Shown here piece after piece: positions 40,992 through 49,512 of a DNA stretch of 64,000 nucleotides. The stretch comes from a bacterium (lineage in GTDB: Bacteria > JADJOY01). A model generated the notes under the pieces. That model was not told where the DNA came from, made no database searches, and saw only the letters and a list, made by a program, of their open reading frames with translations. Position 1 is the stretch's first letter. Every line of letters begins with the position of its first letter. The stretch lies in the NCBI GenBank assembly GCA_046331705.1, contig JAXLQJ010000006.1:124001-188000 (forward strand). The letters are read 5' to 3'. A program made the translations under genes and the position numbers.

Positions 40992-42296
40992 ATGCCACCG
41001 CTACCCAAAGACATCGGCGCGGGGCCGCTCTTCGCACGGCTTCTCTTCGAGCTCCGTGCGCGCCGGGTGCCGGTGGGGATGACCGAGTGGATGACGTTGA
41101 TGCGCGCGCTGGCGCTCGGCCTGCACCACGCCAGCCTGACCGGCTTCTACCATTGCGCGCGCTCGATCCTGATCCACTCGGAGGCTCATTTCGACGCCTT
41201 CGATCAGGCGTTCGGCGTGGTCTTCCAAGGCCTCGAGGGGACGGCGCTCGAGATCACCGACGACCTCCTCGAGTGGCTCAAGGACCCGAAGCGCTTCAAC
41301 CTGAGCGCCGAGCAGCTCGCCGAGATCCAGAAGCTCGGCCTCGACGAGCTGATCCGGCTCTTCGAGGAGCGGCTGAAGGAACAGAAGGAACGGCACGACG
41401 GCGGCAACAAGTGGATCGGCACCGGCGGCACCAGCCCGTTCGGTCACAGCGGCCAGCACCCCGGCGGGCTGCGCTTGGGCGGCGAGGGAGGCGGCCGCTC
41501 GGCGATGCAGATCGCCGGGGAGCGCCGCTTCAAGAATTACCGCGCGGATCTGGTCCTCGACGTGCGGCAGATCGGTGCCGCGCTGCGCCGCTTGCGCGAG
41601 CTGACCCGCGAGGGCGCCAGCGACGAGCTCGATCTCGACGGCACGATCGACAAGACCTGCCGGAACGCCGGTGAGCTGGAGGTCGTGCTGCGCGCGGCGC
41701 GCCGCAACAACGTGCGTGTCGTGCTCTTGCTCGACGTCGGCGGCTCGATGACGCCTCACGCCCGCACCGTGAGCCGGTTGCTGACGGCGGCCAAGCAAGC
41801 GCATCACCTGCGCGAGCTGCGCTGCTACTACTTCCACAACTGCGTCTACGAGAAGGTCTACTTCGACGCGTCGTTCCGCGAGGGGATCGCCGTCGAGGAG
41901 CTGATCCACACCACGCAGCGCAGCTACAAGCTCATCCTCGTGGGCGACGCGCTCATGCACCCGGCCGAGCTGCTCGAGCCGGGCGGCGCCATCTACTACA
42001 CGCACCGCAACACGCAGGCGGGAATCTACTGGCTCAAGGCGCTCGCCGATCATTTCCAGCGCACCCTCTGGCTCAACCCCGAGCCCGTCCAGTACTGGGA
42101 CCAGCCGACCATCCGCATGGTCTCGAACATCTTCGCCATGTATCCGCTCACCCTCGAAGGCCTCACGGAAGGCATTCGTGAGCTGGTCGCGGGCAAGGGC
42201 CAGAGCGCCGGCATCGCCGCCGCCAAGCGCATGCAGGAAGCCATGCTCGGCAAGCCCTTGAAGCGCGATCCCTGGCTCGATCGGTTTCTGTCATGA
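40992..42296 (+). CDS. VWA domain protein, MoxR partner
   Basis: [30 protein letters not shown] (MIDAS-like), [16 protein letters not shown]. Confidence 0.9.
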   Translation: MPPLPKDIGAGPLFARLLFELRARRVPVGMTEWMTLMRALALGLHHASLTGFYHCARSILIHSEAHFDAFDQAFGVVFQGLEGTALEITDDLLEWLKDPKRFNLSAEQLAEIQKLGLDELIRLFEERLKEQKERHDGGNKWIGTGGTSPFGHSGQHPGGLRLGGEGGGRSAMQIAGERRFKNYRADLVLDVRQIGAALRRLRELTREGASDELDLDGTIDKTCRNAGELEVVLRAARRNNVRVVLLLDVGGSMTPHARTVSRLLTAAKQAHHLRELRCYYFHNCVYEKVYFDASFREGIAVEELIHTTQRSYKLILVGDALMHPAELLEPGGAIYYTHRNTQAGIYWLKALADHFQRTLWLNPEPVQYWDQPTIRMVSNIFAMYPLTLEGLTEGIRELVAGKGQSAGIAAAKRMQEAMLGKPLKRDPWLDRFLS

Positions 42297-43402
42297 CCTC
42301 GAACAGCGCACGCTCCACGGCCTTGGTGCTCGAACCACTCGGCAAGCTCGCGCGCGGTGCCGTCGAGCGTGCCTCGACGCTCGCACCGGTGGTGCCGCGC
42401 CGGTTGGACGAATACGCGGCGAGGCTGTGGGCGCCGTGGCACGTCCGCACGCTCATCCTGCCGCTGCCCGGTGCCGGCGACGTCGAGCTGTTGTTCACGA
42501 ACCTGATCGTGGGGCGCGTGGGCGTGATGGGCTTCGACGACGATCCGCCGCGGACCCGCACGGCGAGCGACGCGCGCGACGAAGGCCATCTCGCGCTCCT
42601 GGCCCTGGGCGGCGGCGCCAGCGTCGCGCAGACCCTGCTCTTCTCGCGGCGCCAGCACGTGCGGACGCTGGAGGACGGTTTTCGCGTCGAGGTGCCGGAC
42701 TCGTTCGCGCTCGAGATCCGCGGCCGCTGGCCCGACTACCAGCAGCAGCTCGTCGTTCCGAGTGCGGAGCTCGAGCTCGAGCTGCGGGTGCGTTGCCTGC
42801 CGCCGGCGCGCTGGTGGGCCTATGCGCCGCGCGTCTACGTGCACCATTCGGGCTTCGGCGAGGCCACCGGCTCGGTGGTGGTGCGCGGTCGCCGCACGGC
42901 GATCCAGCACCCGGTGTCGCTCGAGCCGGCGACCGGCAGGAATCTGCTCGGCTTGCCCGGCGCGCCGCGGGTGCCCGCCACGGTCTTTCACTACCAGCTC
43001 GGAACGTTGCCGGGAGCGGGAACCTTCGCGATCGGATGCTTCCGGCTCGGCGCATTCGAACCGTTTCGCGCCGGCGAGCTCGTGTTGCCGGACGGACGGC
43101 ACGAGCGATTGGTGGACTGGGACATGTCCGTGGACGAGACGAGCTGGATCACGGCGCGCGCTGGCGGTCCCATCGAGGTTCCGTCCCGTTTCACGGTGCG
43201 GGCACGCGGCGAGACCGCGCGTCTCGAGTACAGCGCCGTGCGCGACTGGCCGGTGATCGCTCAGTCGGGCCGACTCACGGCGAGCGGCGCCCGCATCCGC
43301 GGGCGCCTGTGGGTCGCGGGGCACTCCTCGGAGCCGGTCGATGGCGTGGTCTACGAGGAGCACCTCCAGGCGCCGGGCGTGAAGCAGCGCGCCACCGCCT
43401 GA
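42293..43402 (+). CDS. Hypothetical beta-rich protein (resembles DUF6670 / AttH-lipocalin-like families)
   Basis: ATGA coupling to VWA gene; IVGRVG..GFDDD, IRGRWPDY, YVHHS, FHYQL, VPSRF, GVVYEEH. Family is from memory of motifs. Confidence 0.55.
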   Translation: MTSNSARSTALVLEPLGKLARGAVERASTLAPVVPRRLDEYAARLWAPWHVRTLILPLPGAGDVELLFTNLIVGRVGVMGFDDDPPRTRTASDARDEGHLALLALGGGASVAQTLLFSRRQHVRTLEDGFRVEVPDSFALEIRGRWPDYQQQLVVPSAELELELRVRCLPPARWWAYAPRVYVHHSGFGEATGSVVVRGRRTAIQHPVSLEPATGRNLLGLPGAPRVPATVFHYQLGTLPGAGTFAIGCFRLGAFEPFRAGELVLPDGRHERLVDWDMSVDETSWITARAGGPIEVPSRFTVRARGETARLEYSAVRDWPVIAQSGRLTASGARIRGRLWVAGHSSEPVDGVVYEEHLQAPGVKQRATA

Positions 43403-43532
43403 AGCGCGCGCCCTCCGGCGAGCGCCGAACGGGAGCGTTGCGCTCCGGCCGCGCGTGACCCAGAATCCGAGCTGGCGGGAGTCCGCGGCGTGCCGCTCAA
43501 GGGCGCGTGGTCATTCCCGCACGAGGTTGCCG

Positions 43533-45221
43533 ATGAAGCGTTTCCTTCCACTCGGGGCCACGCTCGTCGTGGCCGTCACCTGGATGCTTCCGAGCGTCGC
43601 CTCGGCGGCGCCCGAGAAGTCGTATGCGAACGGGGTGACGGTGAGCGGGCCGGTGTCGCCGAAGGTGTCGATCCCGCTGCGCAGCCTGCGCGTCAACGCA
43701 GCGCTCACCAGCCCGCGCAAGAAAGCGGAGGACCGCGAGAATCCGCTCGACTATCTGCCGGACCACGGCCGGGCCGGCACGTGGAATCGCACGTCCGTGC
43801 CGGTCGATCCGCTGGCCGCCAAGAGCGTCAACCCGGCGCACCACACGCCCTCGCCGTCGGCGCAATGGGACGGCACCAGCAATCCCACCGGCTGCGGCGG
43901 ATGCAGCCCCCCGGACGTCGCCGGCGACATCGGCTGGAACCACTACGTCCAGGTCGTGAACGCCACGAAGGTGGCGATCTACGACAAGGCCGGCACGTTG
44001 CTGTCGGGGCCGAGCGACCTCGGTGACTTCTGGTCGAGCGGCAACTGCACCGGCAACGCCGGCGATCCGGTGCTCTTCTACGACACGCTCGCCGACCGCT
44101 GGGTGCTCTCGCAGTTCACGTATCCGCTCAAGGACATCTGCATCGCCGTTTCCCAGACCGCGGATCCCCTCGGCTCCTACTACATATACACGTTCGCCGT
44201 GACCGGCCTCGGCGCCCCCGACTACTTCAAGCTCAGCGCGTGGTCGGATGGCTATTACATGAGCGCCAACCAGAACAACTACTCGGCCATGGTCGTGGAC
44301 CGCAATCGCATGCTCGGTGGGCTGTCCGCCACACTGCAGCGCTTCGCCACCACCACGGACGCGTCTCACGCCGCGGTCCCCAACTTCGTGTTGCCTGCGC
44401 ACGTCCTGGGACAGACGGCGCCGCCCGCGGGCACACCCGGGTTCTTCGCGACGTTCCTGGCCGACGACTACGCGCCCCACGGGGTCGCAACCGATCAGGT
44501 GCGGGTCTACGCGTTCCACGCCGACTTCACGACTCCAGCCAACTCCACCTTCCTCGACGTCGGCGACATCGCCGTGGCCTCGTTCACCTACACCGTTTGC
44601 GGCTTCTTCAACTTCGACTGCGCGCCCCAGGGCGGCACGTCGCAGAAGGTCGACGCGCTCTCCGAGTGGCCGATGTGGCGGCTCAACTACCGGAACTTCG
44701 GAGACCACGAGAGCTTGGTGGCGAACTTCACGGTGCCGAACGCGTCGAACGCCGCACCCCGCTGGTTCGAGCTGCAACGACCGACGTCTGGATCGTGGTC
44801 GCTGTTCCAGGAAGGCACCTACGCGCCCGACGCGAACTGGCGTTACATGGGTTCGATGGCCTCGGACGGCCAGGGAAACCTGGCGCTCGGCTTCACGGAG
44901 TCCTCGGTCTCGGTCAAACCGCGGATCCGTTACGCCACGCGGTTGGTGAGCGACACCGCCGGCACGCTCGGCGCGCCGGTCTCGCTCATCGACGGCGGCG
45001 GATCGCAAACGGGCTCGAATCGCTGGGGCGATTACACGACCATGAGCGTCGATCCCTCGAACGATTGCGACTTCTACTACACCAACGAGTACTACTCGTC
45101 GGATTCCAGCGCATCGTGGAAGACGCGGATCGGCAGCTTCCGCGTTCCCCAATGCAAGAACATCTTCCTCGACAACTTCGAGATCGGGGCGACGACCCGC
45201 TGGGACGCGGAAGCGCCCTGA
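43533..45221 (+). CDS. Secreted uncharacterised protein (PPD...HYVQ / RWGDY family) with C-terminal IFLDNFE tail
   Basis: Signal peptide ending ASA; PPDVAGDIGWNHYVQVVN, GDPVLFYD..ADRW, PDYFKL, RWFEL, NRWGDY, YTNEYY. Confidence 0.75.
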   Translation: MKRFLPLGATLVVAVTWMLPSVASAAPEKSYANGVTVSGPVSPKVSIPLRSLRVNAALTSPRKKAEDRENPLDYLPDHGRAGTWNRTSVPVDPLAAKSVNPAHHTPSPSAQWDGTSNPTGCGGCSPPDVAGDIGWNHYVQVVNATKVAIYDKAGTLLSGPSDLGDFWSSGNCTGNAGDPVLFYDTLADRWVLSQFTYPLKDICIAVSQTADPLGSYYIYTFAVTGLGAPDYFKLSAWSDGYYMSANQNNYSAMVVDRNRMLGGLSATLQRFATTTDASHAAVPNFVLPAHVLGQTAPPAGTPGFFATFLADDYAPHGVATDQVRVYAFHADFTTPANSTFLDVGDIAVASFTYTVCGFFNFDCAPQGGTSQKVDALSEWPMWRLNYRNFGDHESLVANFTVPNASNAAPRWFELQRPTSGSWSLFQEGTYAPDANWRYMGSMASDGQGNLALGFTESSVSVKPRIRYATRLVSDTAGTLGAPVSLIDGGGSQTGSNRWGDYTTMSVDPSNDCDFYYTNEYYSSDSSASWKTRIGSFRVPQCKNIFLDNFEIGATTRWDAEAP

Positions 45222-45345
45222 CACGCCGGCCGAGCGCCCCGCACGCGCGTGCTCGGCCTCGCGCGCGCGGCACGTCCGTCGTGCTAGCGTAGAAGCTCCT
45301 TCGTCACGGCGGGATCGCGTGCTCGCGATCCCGGAGGTTTTGCTC

Positions 45346-46731
45346 ATGCAACGAAGCGCGACCCGTCTCGTTCTGGCCGCCACGCTGCTGTTCGCCGCGG
45401 CTTGCGATCCCCGGACCTTCCCCAAGGATCTGCCGCCCTCAGACGAGCTCGGCTCGCCGCGCGGCTATCAGATCGCGCGCAGCATCATCCATCTCCATTC
45501 GCCCTTCTCGCACGACGCCTGCGACAACAACGGGTTGCCCGGCGGGGTGGTGAACGAGTCGTGCTACCAGGACCTGCGCTATGCGATGTGCGAGCTCCAC
45601 ATCGACTTCGCGAACCTCACCGACCACCCGGCGCACATGGACGAGTTCGAGTTCCCGGACCTGCTCTTGCCGCGTGGCGGCGACGTGATCGAGGACGGTC
45701 CGTTCGGCCCGGTCGCGAACCACGTCTCTTGCGACAACGGCGCCGCGCCCATTCTCACCGTGGGCTTCGAGGACGAGCTCATGCCCTACGGCATGGAGCG
45801 GCACCTGGCTCCCGATCAGCCGACTCGCGATCAGCTCTACAACGATTCGAGCCCGGCGACCGTTTCGCTGCTCCAGGGCACGGCGCAGGCGGTGGCGGGG
45901 ATCGCGCACACCGAGAGCAAGCCCACCGACTATCTGCTGGGGTTGGGCATGGACTCGATCGAGATCTACAACATCCACGCCAACCTCGACCCCGACATCC
46001 GCCAGGAATTCCTCGGTCTGCCGCCGCTCGACGGTGGGCTGGCGTTGTTGCCGTACATCCTGAACCCCACCTCCGTGCCGGTGCCCGATCTCTCGTTCCT
46101 CTCGTATTTCGTGTTGTCCCCGATCTACTTCGAGAAGTGGAACACGCTGACGGCAGCGGGCCTGCACGTGACGGGTACCGCGGGTAGCGATTCGCATCAG
46201 AACGTGCTCGCCCTCACGGCGCCCGACGGCGAGCGCATGGATCAGCACCGCCGGCTTCTCAAGTGGATCTCGAATCACTTGCTGGTGAGCGAGCGCTCGC
46301 TGGACGCCGAGAAGGACGCGGCGCGGAACGAGCGCAACTTCGTGGTCGTCGAGGGGCTCGGCTCACCGGTCGGCTACGACTTCTACGCCACCGCCGGTGG
46401 CAACACCGTGGGGATGGGCGACACCGGCGCCTTCGTGCCGGGCGACACCACCATTCACGTGCCATTGCCCACGCTTCATCCCTCGGCGCCCGGCGGCGGC
46501 CCTGCCGATCTCGTGACGATCAAGCTCAAGCGCGTGTTGCCTGGCGGACTCGACGAGCTGGTCGCCACCAGCGACGACGCGCCGCTCGACTTCGCGGCCA
46601 CCGAGCCCGGCGCCTATCGCGCGGAGATCTGGATGGTGCCGAACCACCTGCTCCCGCACCTCGGACCGACGCCGGACGCCTACCTCGTGCCCACGCCCTG
46701 GATTCTCACGAACCACCTCTATCTGCAGTAG
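45346..46731 (+). CDS. PHP-like metallohydrolase lipoprotein
   Basis: Lipobox AAAC; HLHSPFSHD, LTDH, IAHTE, EIYN, GSDSH; C-terminal Ig-like GAYRAE...WILTNHLY; TGcTAGCGT -10 at 45282-45290. Confidence 0.75.
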   Translation: MQRSATRLVLAATLLFAAACDPRTFPKDLPPSDELGSPRGYQIARSIIHLHSPFSHDACDNNGLPGGVVNESCYQDLRYAMCELHIDFANLTDHPAHMDEFEFPDLLLPRGGDVIEDGPFGPVANHVSCDNGAAPILTVGFEDELMPYGMERHLAPDQPTRDQLYNDSSPATVSLLQGTAQAVAGIAHTESKPTDYLLGLGMDSIEIYNIHANLDPDIRQEFLGLPPLDGGLALLPYILNPTSVPVPDLSFLSYFVLSPIYFEKWNTLTAAGLHVTGTAGSDSHQNVLALTAPDGERMDQHRRLLKWISNHLLVSERSLDAEKDAARNERNFVVVEGLGSPVGYDFYATAGGNTVGMGDTGAFVPGDTTIHVPLPTLHPSAPGGGPADLVTIKLKRVLPGGLDELVATSDDAPLDFAATEPGAYRAEIWMVPNHLLPHLGPTPDAYLVPTPWILTNHLYLQ

Positions 46732-46791
46732 CGGTTCGGTGCGCCCGGCTCGCGGATGCTTCCGTTCGCGGGCGCGGGCGGGTGCCCGTGC

Positions 46792-48846
46792 TCAGAACGT
46801 GCCGAGCACGTCGCTGCCGGCGCGCACGTAGATCGGGATCCTGTCGAACGGAGCGGGCTCGTCCGCGAGCTCCGTCGGACCCTCGATGACGCGGCCGCCG
46901 TTCCAGTAGTCCACCCAGGTGCCCGCGGGTAGGTACACGGCGCGCGAGCGTGTGCCGAGCTTCCACACGGGCGCCACCAGGATGTCGTCGCCGAGCAGGA
47001 ACTCGTCCCACGCGTCGCGCACGCGCGTGTCGTCGGGATAGGCGAAGAAGAGTGGCTTCGCGATCGGCCGCCCCGAGCGGTGCGCCTCCACCGCGTGACG
47101 GTAGAGGTACGGCACCAGGGCGTGGTGGATCGTCACGTAGCGCCGGTAGATGTCGATCATCGAGTCGTCGTAGCGCGGCTCGGTGGGCATGTCCCAGGGC
47201 GCGTGAGTGCCCGAGCCGCCGATCTCCATGATCGGGGAGAACGCGCTGAACTGCAGCCAGCGCGCGAACACCTCGCGGTCGCCGAATTGCTCGTAGCCGC
47301 CGGTGTCGGATCCCCAGATCGGAAAGCCCATCAGCGCGGCGTTCTGCATCGCCAGGATCGCGAGCCTGAGCCCGGCGTCGGTGGGCGTGCCGAAGAGGTT
47401 CTTCCCGGGCACGTCGCCCGCCGAGAATCCCGCCCAGCGCTGACTGCCCGCGTAGCCGGCGCGTGGGTAGTTGAGGAAGTCGTCGCCGCGCACGGCCTTC
47501 ACGGCGTCGTGGTGGACCTTGGCCATCAGCTCGGGGTAGGCGTTCTTGATCTCCGAGCCGGTGCGGCCGTCCCAGTAGACGTCCGTGTCGGCGCTCGGCG
47601 TGTCCTCGTCGCCGCGGTCGATCTTGAAGCCCGCGACACCCATGCGCACGAGTGCCTTCATCTTCTCCGCCCACCACGCGACGGCGGCTGGGTTCGTGTA
47701 GTCGATGATGTACCGCGAGCTCGGTGCGAGGTAGCCGTTCTCCGTGGCCTCGCGGTTGGTGGTGACGCCTGTCGCCCACGGCGCCACCCACAGAAAGAGG
47801 TGATAGCCGCGGCGAGTGAGCGCCTGGATCATCGCCTCGGGGTTCGGGAAGCGCTGCTCGTCCCAGCGGAGATCGCCGAAGCCCACGTCCTCCGGTGGGC
47901 GCAGGTCCGGCAGGTCGCCGTCCCCCCACGGGCGATCGATGGTGTAGTTGCCGACGGGAATGCCGAGCGCCTCGTAGTGGGTGAGGTCGTCGACGAGGTC
48001 GGCGTTCATGGCGACGCCATCGAGGGCGACGGGCGCGGCCGCGCGGTGCTCGTCGCGCCACCGCCAATGCTTGAACGCCCACTCGGGGGGTAGGAACGGG
48101 CGTCCGCTGATCGACGTGTAGCGATCGAGCACTTGCGCCGGAGTGGGTCCGGCGAGGAAATCGTAGTCGAGGGTGTCGCGCCCCTTGGGCAGCTCGAACT
48201 CGTACTCGATGACGTCGCTGCTCGACTTCGCGAGGTCGTAGCGGCCGATCGCCGTGCCTTCCACGAACACGCCATAGCCGCGCGAGGTCTGGAAGAAGGG
48301 AGTGAAGAGCGCCACCGTCGCTTCCATCTTCATCGACACGGCGGTGCCGCGCCGGTCGAGCCCGCCGACCGGCAGCGCGAAGATCTCGCTCACGACCACG
48401 TCGGTGACGGCGCGCTCGGCGAGGCCGTAGATGGACTCGTCGGACGGCGACTCGAGGCGCTCGCCCGCCGCGCTGGCACGCGCCTCGGCCGGTGGCTGGA
48501 ACGAGAGCCGCGCCACACCGCTGCTCGGAAACGAGACCGTCACGAGGGCGTCGCCGCGCTCGCTCGCCACGGTGAGCCGTGCGGCGCCGTCGCCGCCCTC
48601 CACGCTCCGAAGCCGATCCAGGAAGATGCGCTCGCCATCGGACACGTAGAAGAGCCCGCGGTCCGCTTCGCTGACGGCCACGGAGCTCGGCGCCTCGAAA
48701 ACGAGCCGGAACGGGTCGCGCGTCACGGTGACGCGCGCGCCGCTGCCAGCGAGCACGAGCTGCGAGCCCTGGTCGCGAATGGCGATGCCGCTCGTCGCCC
48801 CTCCGCAGCCCAGCGCCAGCGAGACGACGACCATCCACCGTCGCAT
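46792..48846 (-). CDS. Glycoside hydrolase family 31 (alpha-glucosidase/xylosidase-like) lipoprotein
   Basis: Lipobox ALGC; IYGLAE, IDRPW, RFPNP, GFKIDRGD (nucleophile), GDV, WGSDTGGY, RWLQFSAF, EFLLGDDILVAPV. Confidence 0.9.
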   Translation of the reverse strand: MRRWMVVVSLALGCGGATSGIAIRDQGSQLVLAGSGARVTVTRDPFRLVFEAPSSVAVSEADRGLFYVSDGERIFLDRLRSVEGGDGAARLTVASERGDALVTVSFPSSGVARLSFQPPAEARASAAGERLESPSDESIYGLAERAVTDVVVSEIFALPVGGLDRRGTAVSMKMEATVALFTPFFQTSRGYGVFVEGTAIGRYDLAKSSSDVIEYEFELPKGRDTLDYDFLAGPTPAQVLDRYTSISGRPFLPPEWAFKHWRWRDEHRAAAPVALDGVAMNADLVDDLTHYEALGIPVGNYTIDRPWGDGDLPDLRPPEDVGFGDLRWDEQRFPNPEAMIQALTRRGYHLFLWVAPWATGVTTNREATENGYLAPSSRYIIDYTNPAAVAWWAEKMKALVRMGVAGFKIDRGDEDTPSADTDVYWDGRTGSEIKNAYPELMAKVHHDAVKAVRGDDFLNYPRAGYAGSQRWAGFSAGDVPGKNLFGTPTDAGLRLAILAMQNAALMGFPIWGSDTGGYEQFGDREVFARWLQFSAFSPIMEIGGSGTHAPWDMPTEPRYDDSMIDIYRRYVTIHHALVPYLYRHAVEAHRSGRPIAKPLFFAYPDDTRVRDAWDEFLLGDDILVAPVWKLGTRSRAVYLPAGTWVDYWNGGRVIEGPTELADEPAPFDRIPIYVRAGSDVLGTF

Positions 48847-48928
48847 CACGAGAGACTCCGCACGAAGACGCGAGTGAGAGGCGGACCCCCGATCCAGCTC
48901 GCCGGCCCGAGGCGCGCCACCGGGTCGC

Positions 48929-49411
48929 TCATCCGCCGGTCTTCGCGTCGGCGTCGCGAGCGCGACGGCTCAGCTCGTCGATCAACGGGAGCTGCCCTGG
49001 GTGAATCCTCTCACGCGCTTCCGCGATCGGGAACCAGGCCCCGCGGTCGACCTCGGGAAACGTTTGCCACCGTCCCGAGCGCGGCGGCCATTCGAGCTCG
49101 AAGGTGTTGCTGGCGATCTTGCCCGGATCGAGGTCGGCCTCGATCGCCCAGGCATGCACCACCTTGCCGCTCTTCTGCCGCACCGGTGCGAGCGGCTCGA
49201 AGGCTCCGTGAACGGCGAAGCCGGTCTCCTCGCGCACCTCGCGAATCGCCGCCGCCAGCGCGTCCTCGCCTTCCTCGATCTCGCCCTTGGGGATCGACCA
49301 GGCGCCCGCGTCCTTGTTCCGCCAGAACGGACCACCCGGGTGGACCAACAAGACCTCCCACCCGTCGCCCATGCGACGAAACAAGAGCAACCCGGCGCTT
49401 CGCTTCGGCAT
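48929..49411 (-). CDS. NUDIX hydrolase
   Basis: LVHPGGPFW, WSIPKGE...AAIREVREETG Nudix box, EWPPRSG, FPEVDR. Confidence 0.9.
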   Translation of the reverse strand: MPKRSAGLLLFRRMGDGWEVLLVHPGGPFWRNKDAGAWSIPKGEIEEGEDALAAAIREVREETGFAVHGAFEPLAPVRQKSGKVVHAWAIEADLDPGKIASNTFELEWPPRSGRWQTFPEVDRGAWFPIAEARERIHPGQLPLIDELSRRARDADAKTGG

Positions 49412-49512
49412 GACGTCGTCGGCGCTCGCGGTGCGCTGCCCTGGCAGCCGCGGCGTTGACCGCGGTCTGGGCCGATCGGTATAGCGTGCATCCCACTCGA
49501 CGGAGGTCCCAC

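Noticed and set aside
40146..42296. MoxR/VWA as part of a CO dehydrogenase (coxDE) or defence cluster
   Set aside because: No cox structural genes or defence-associated genes nearby; motifs fit the stand-alone PA2707-like pair.
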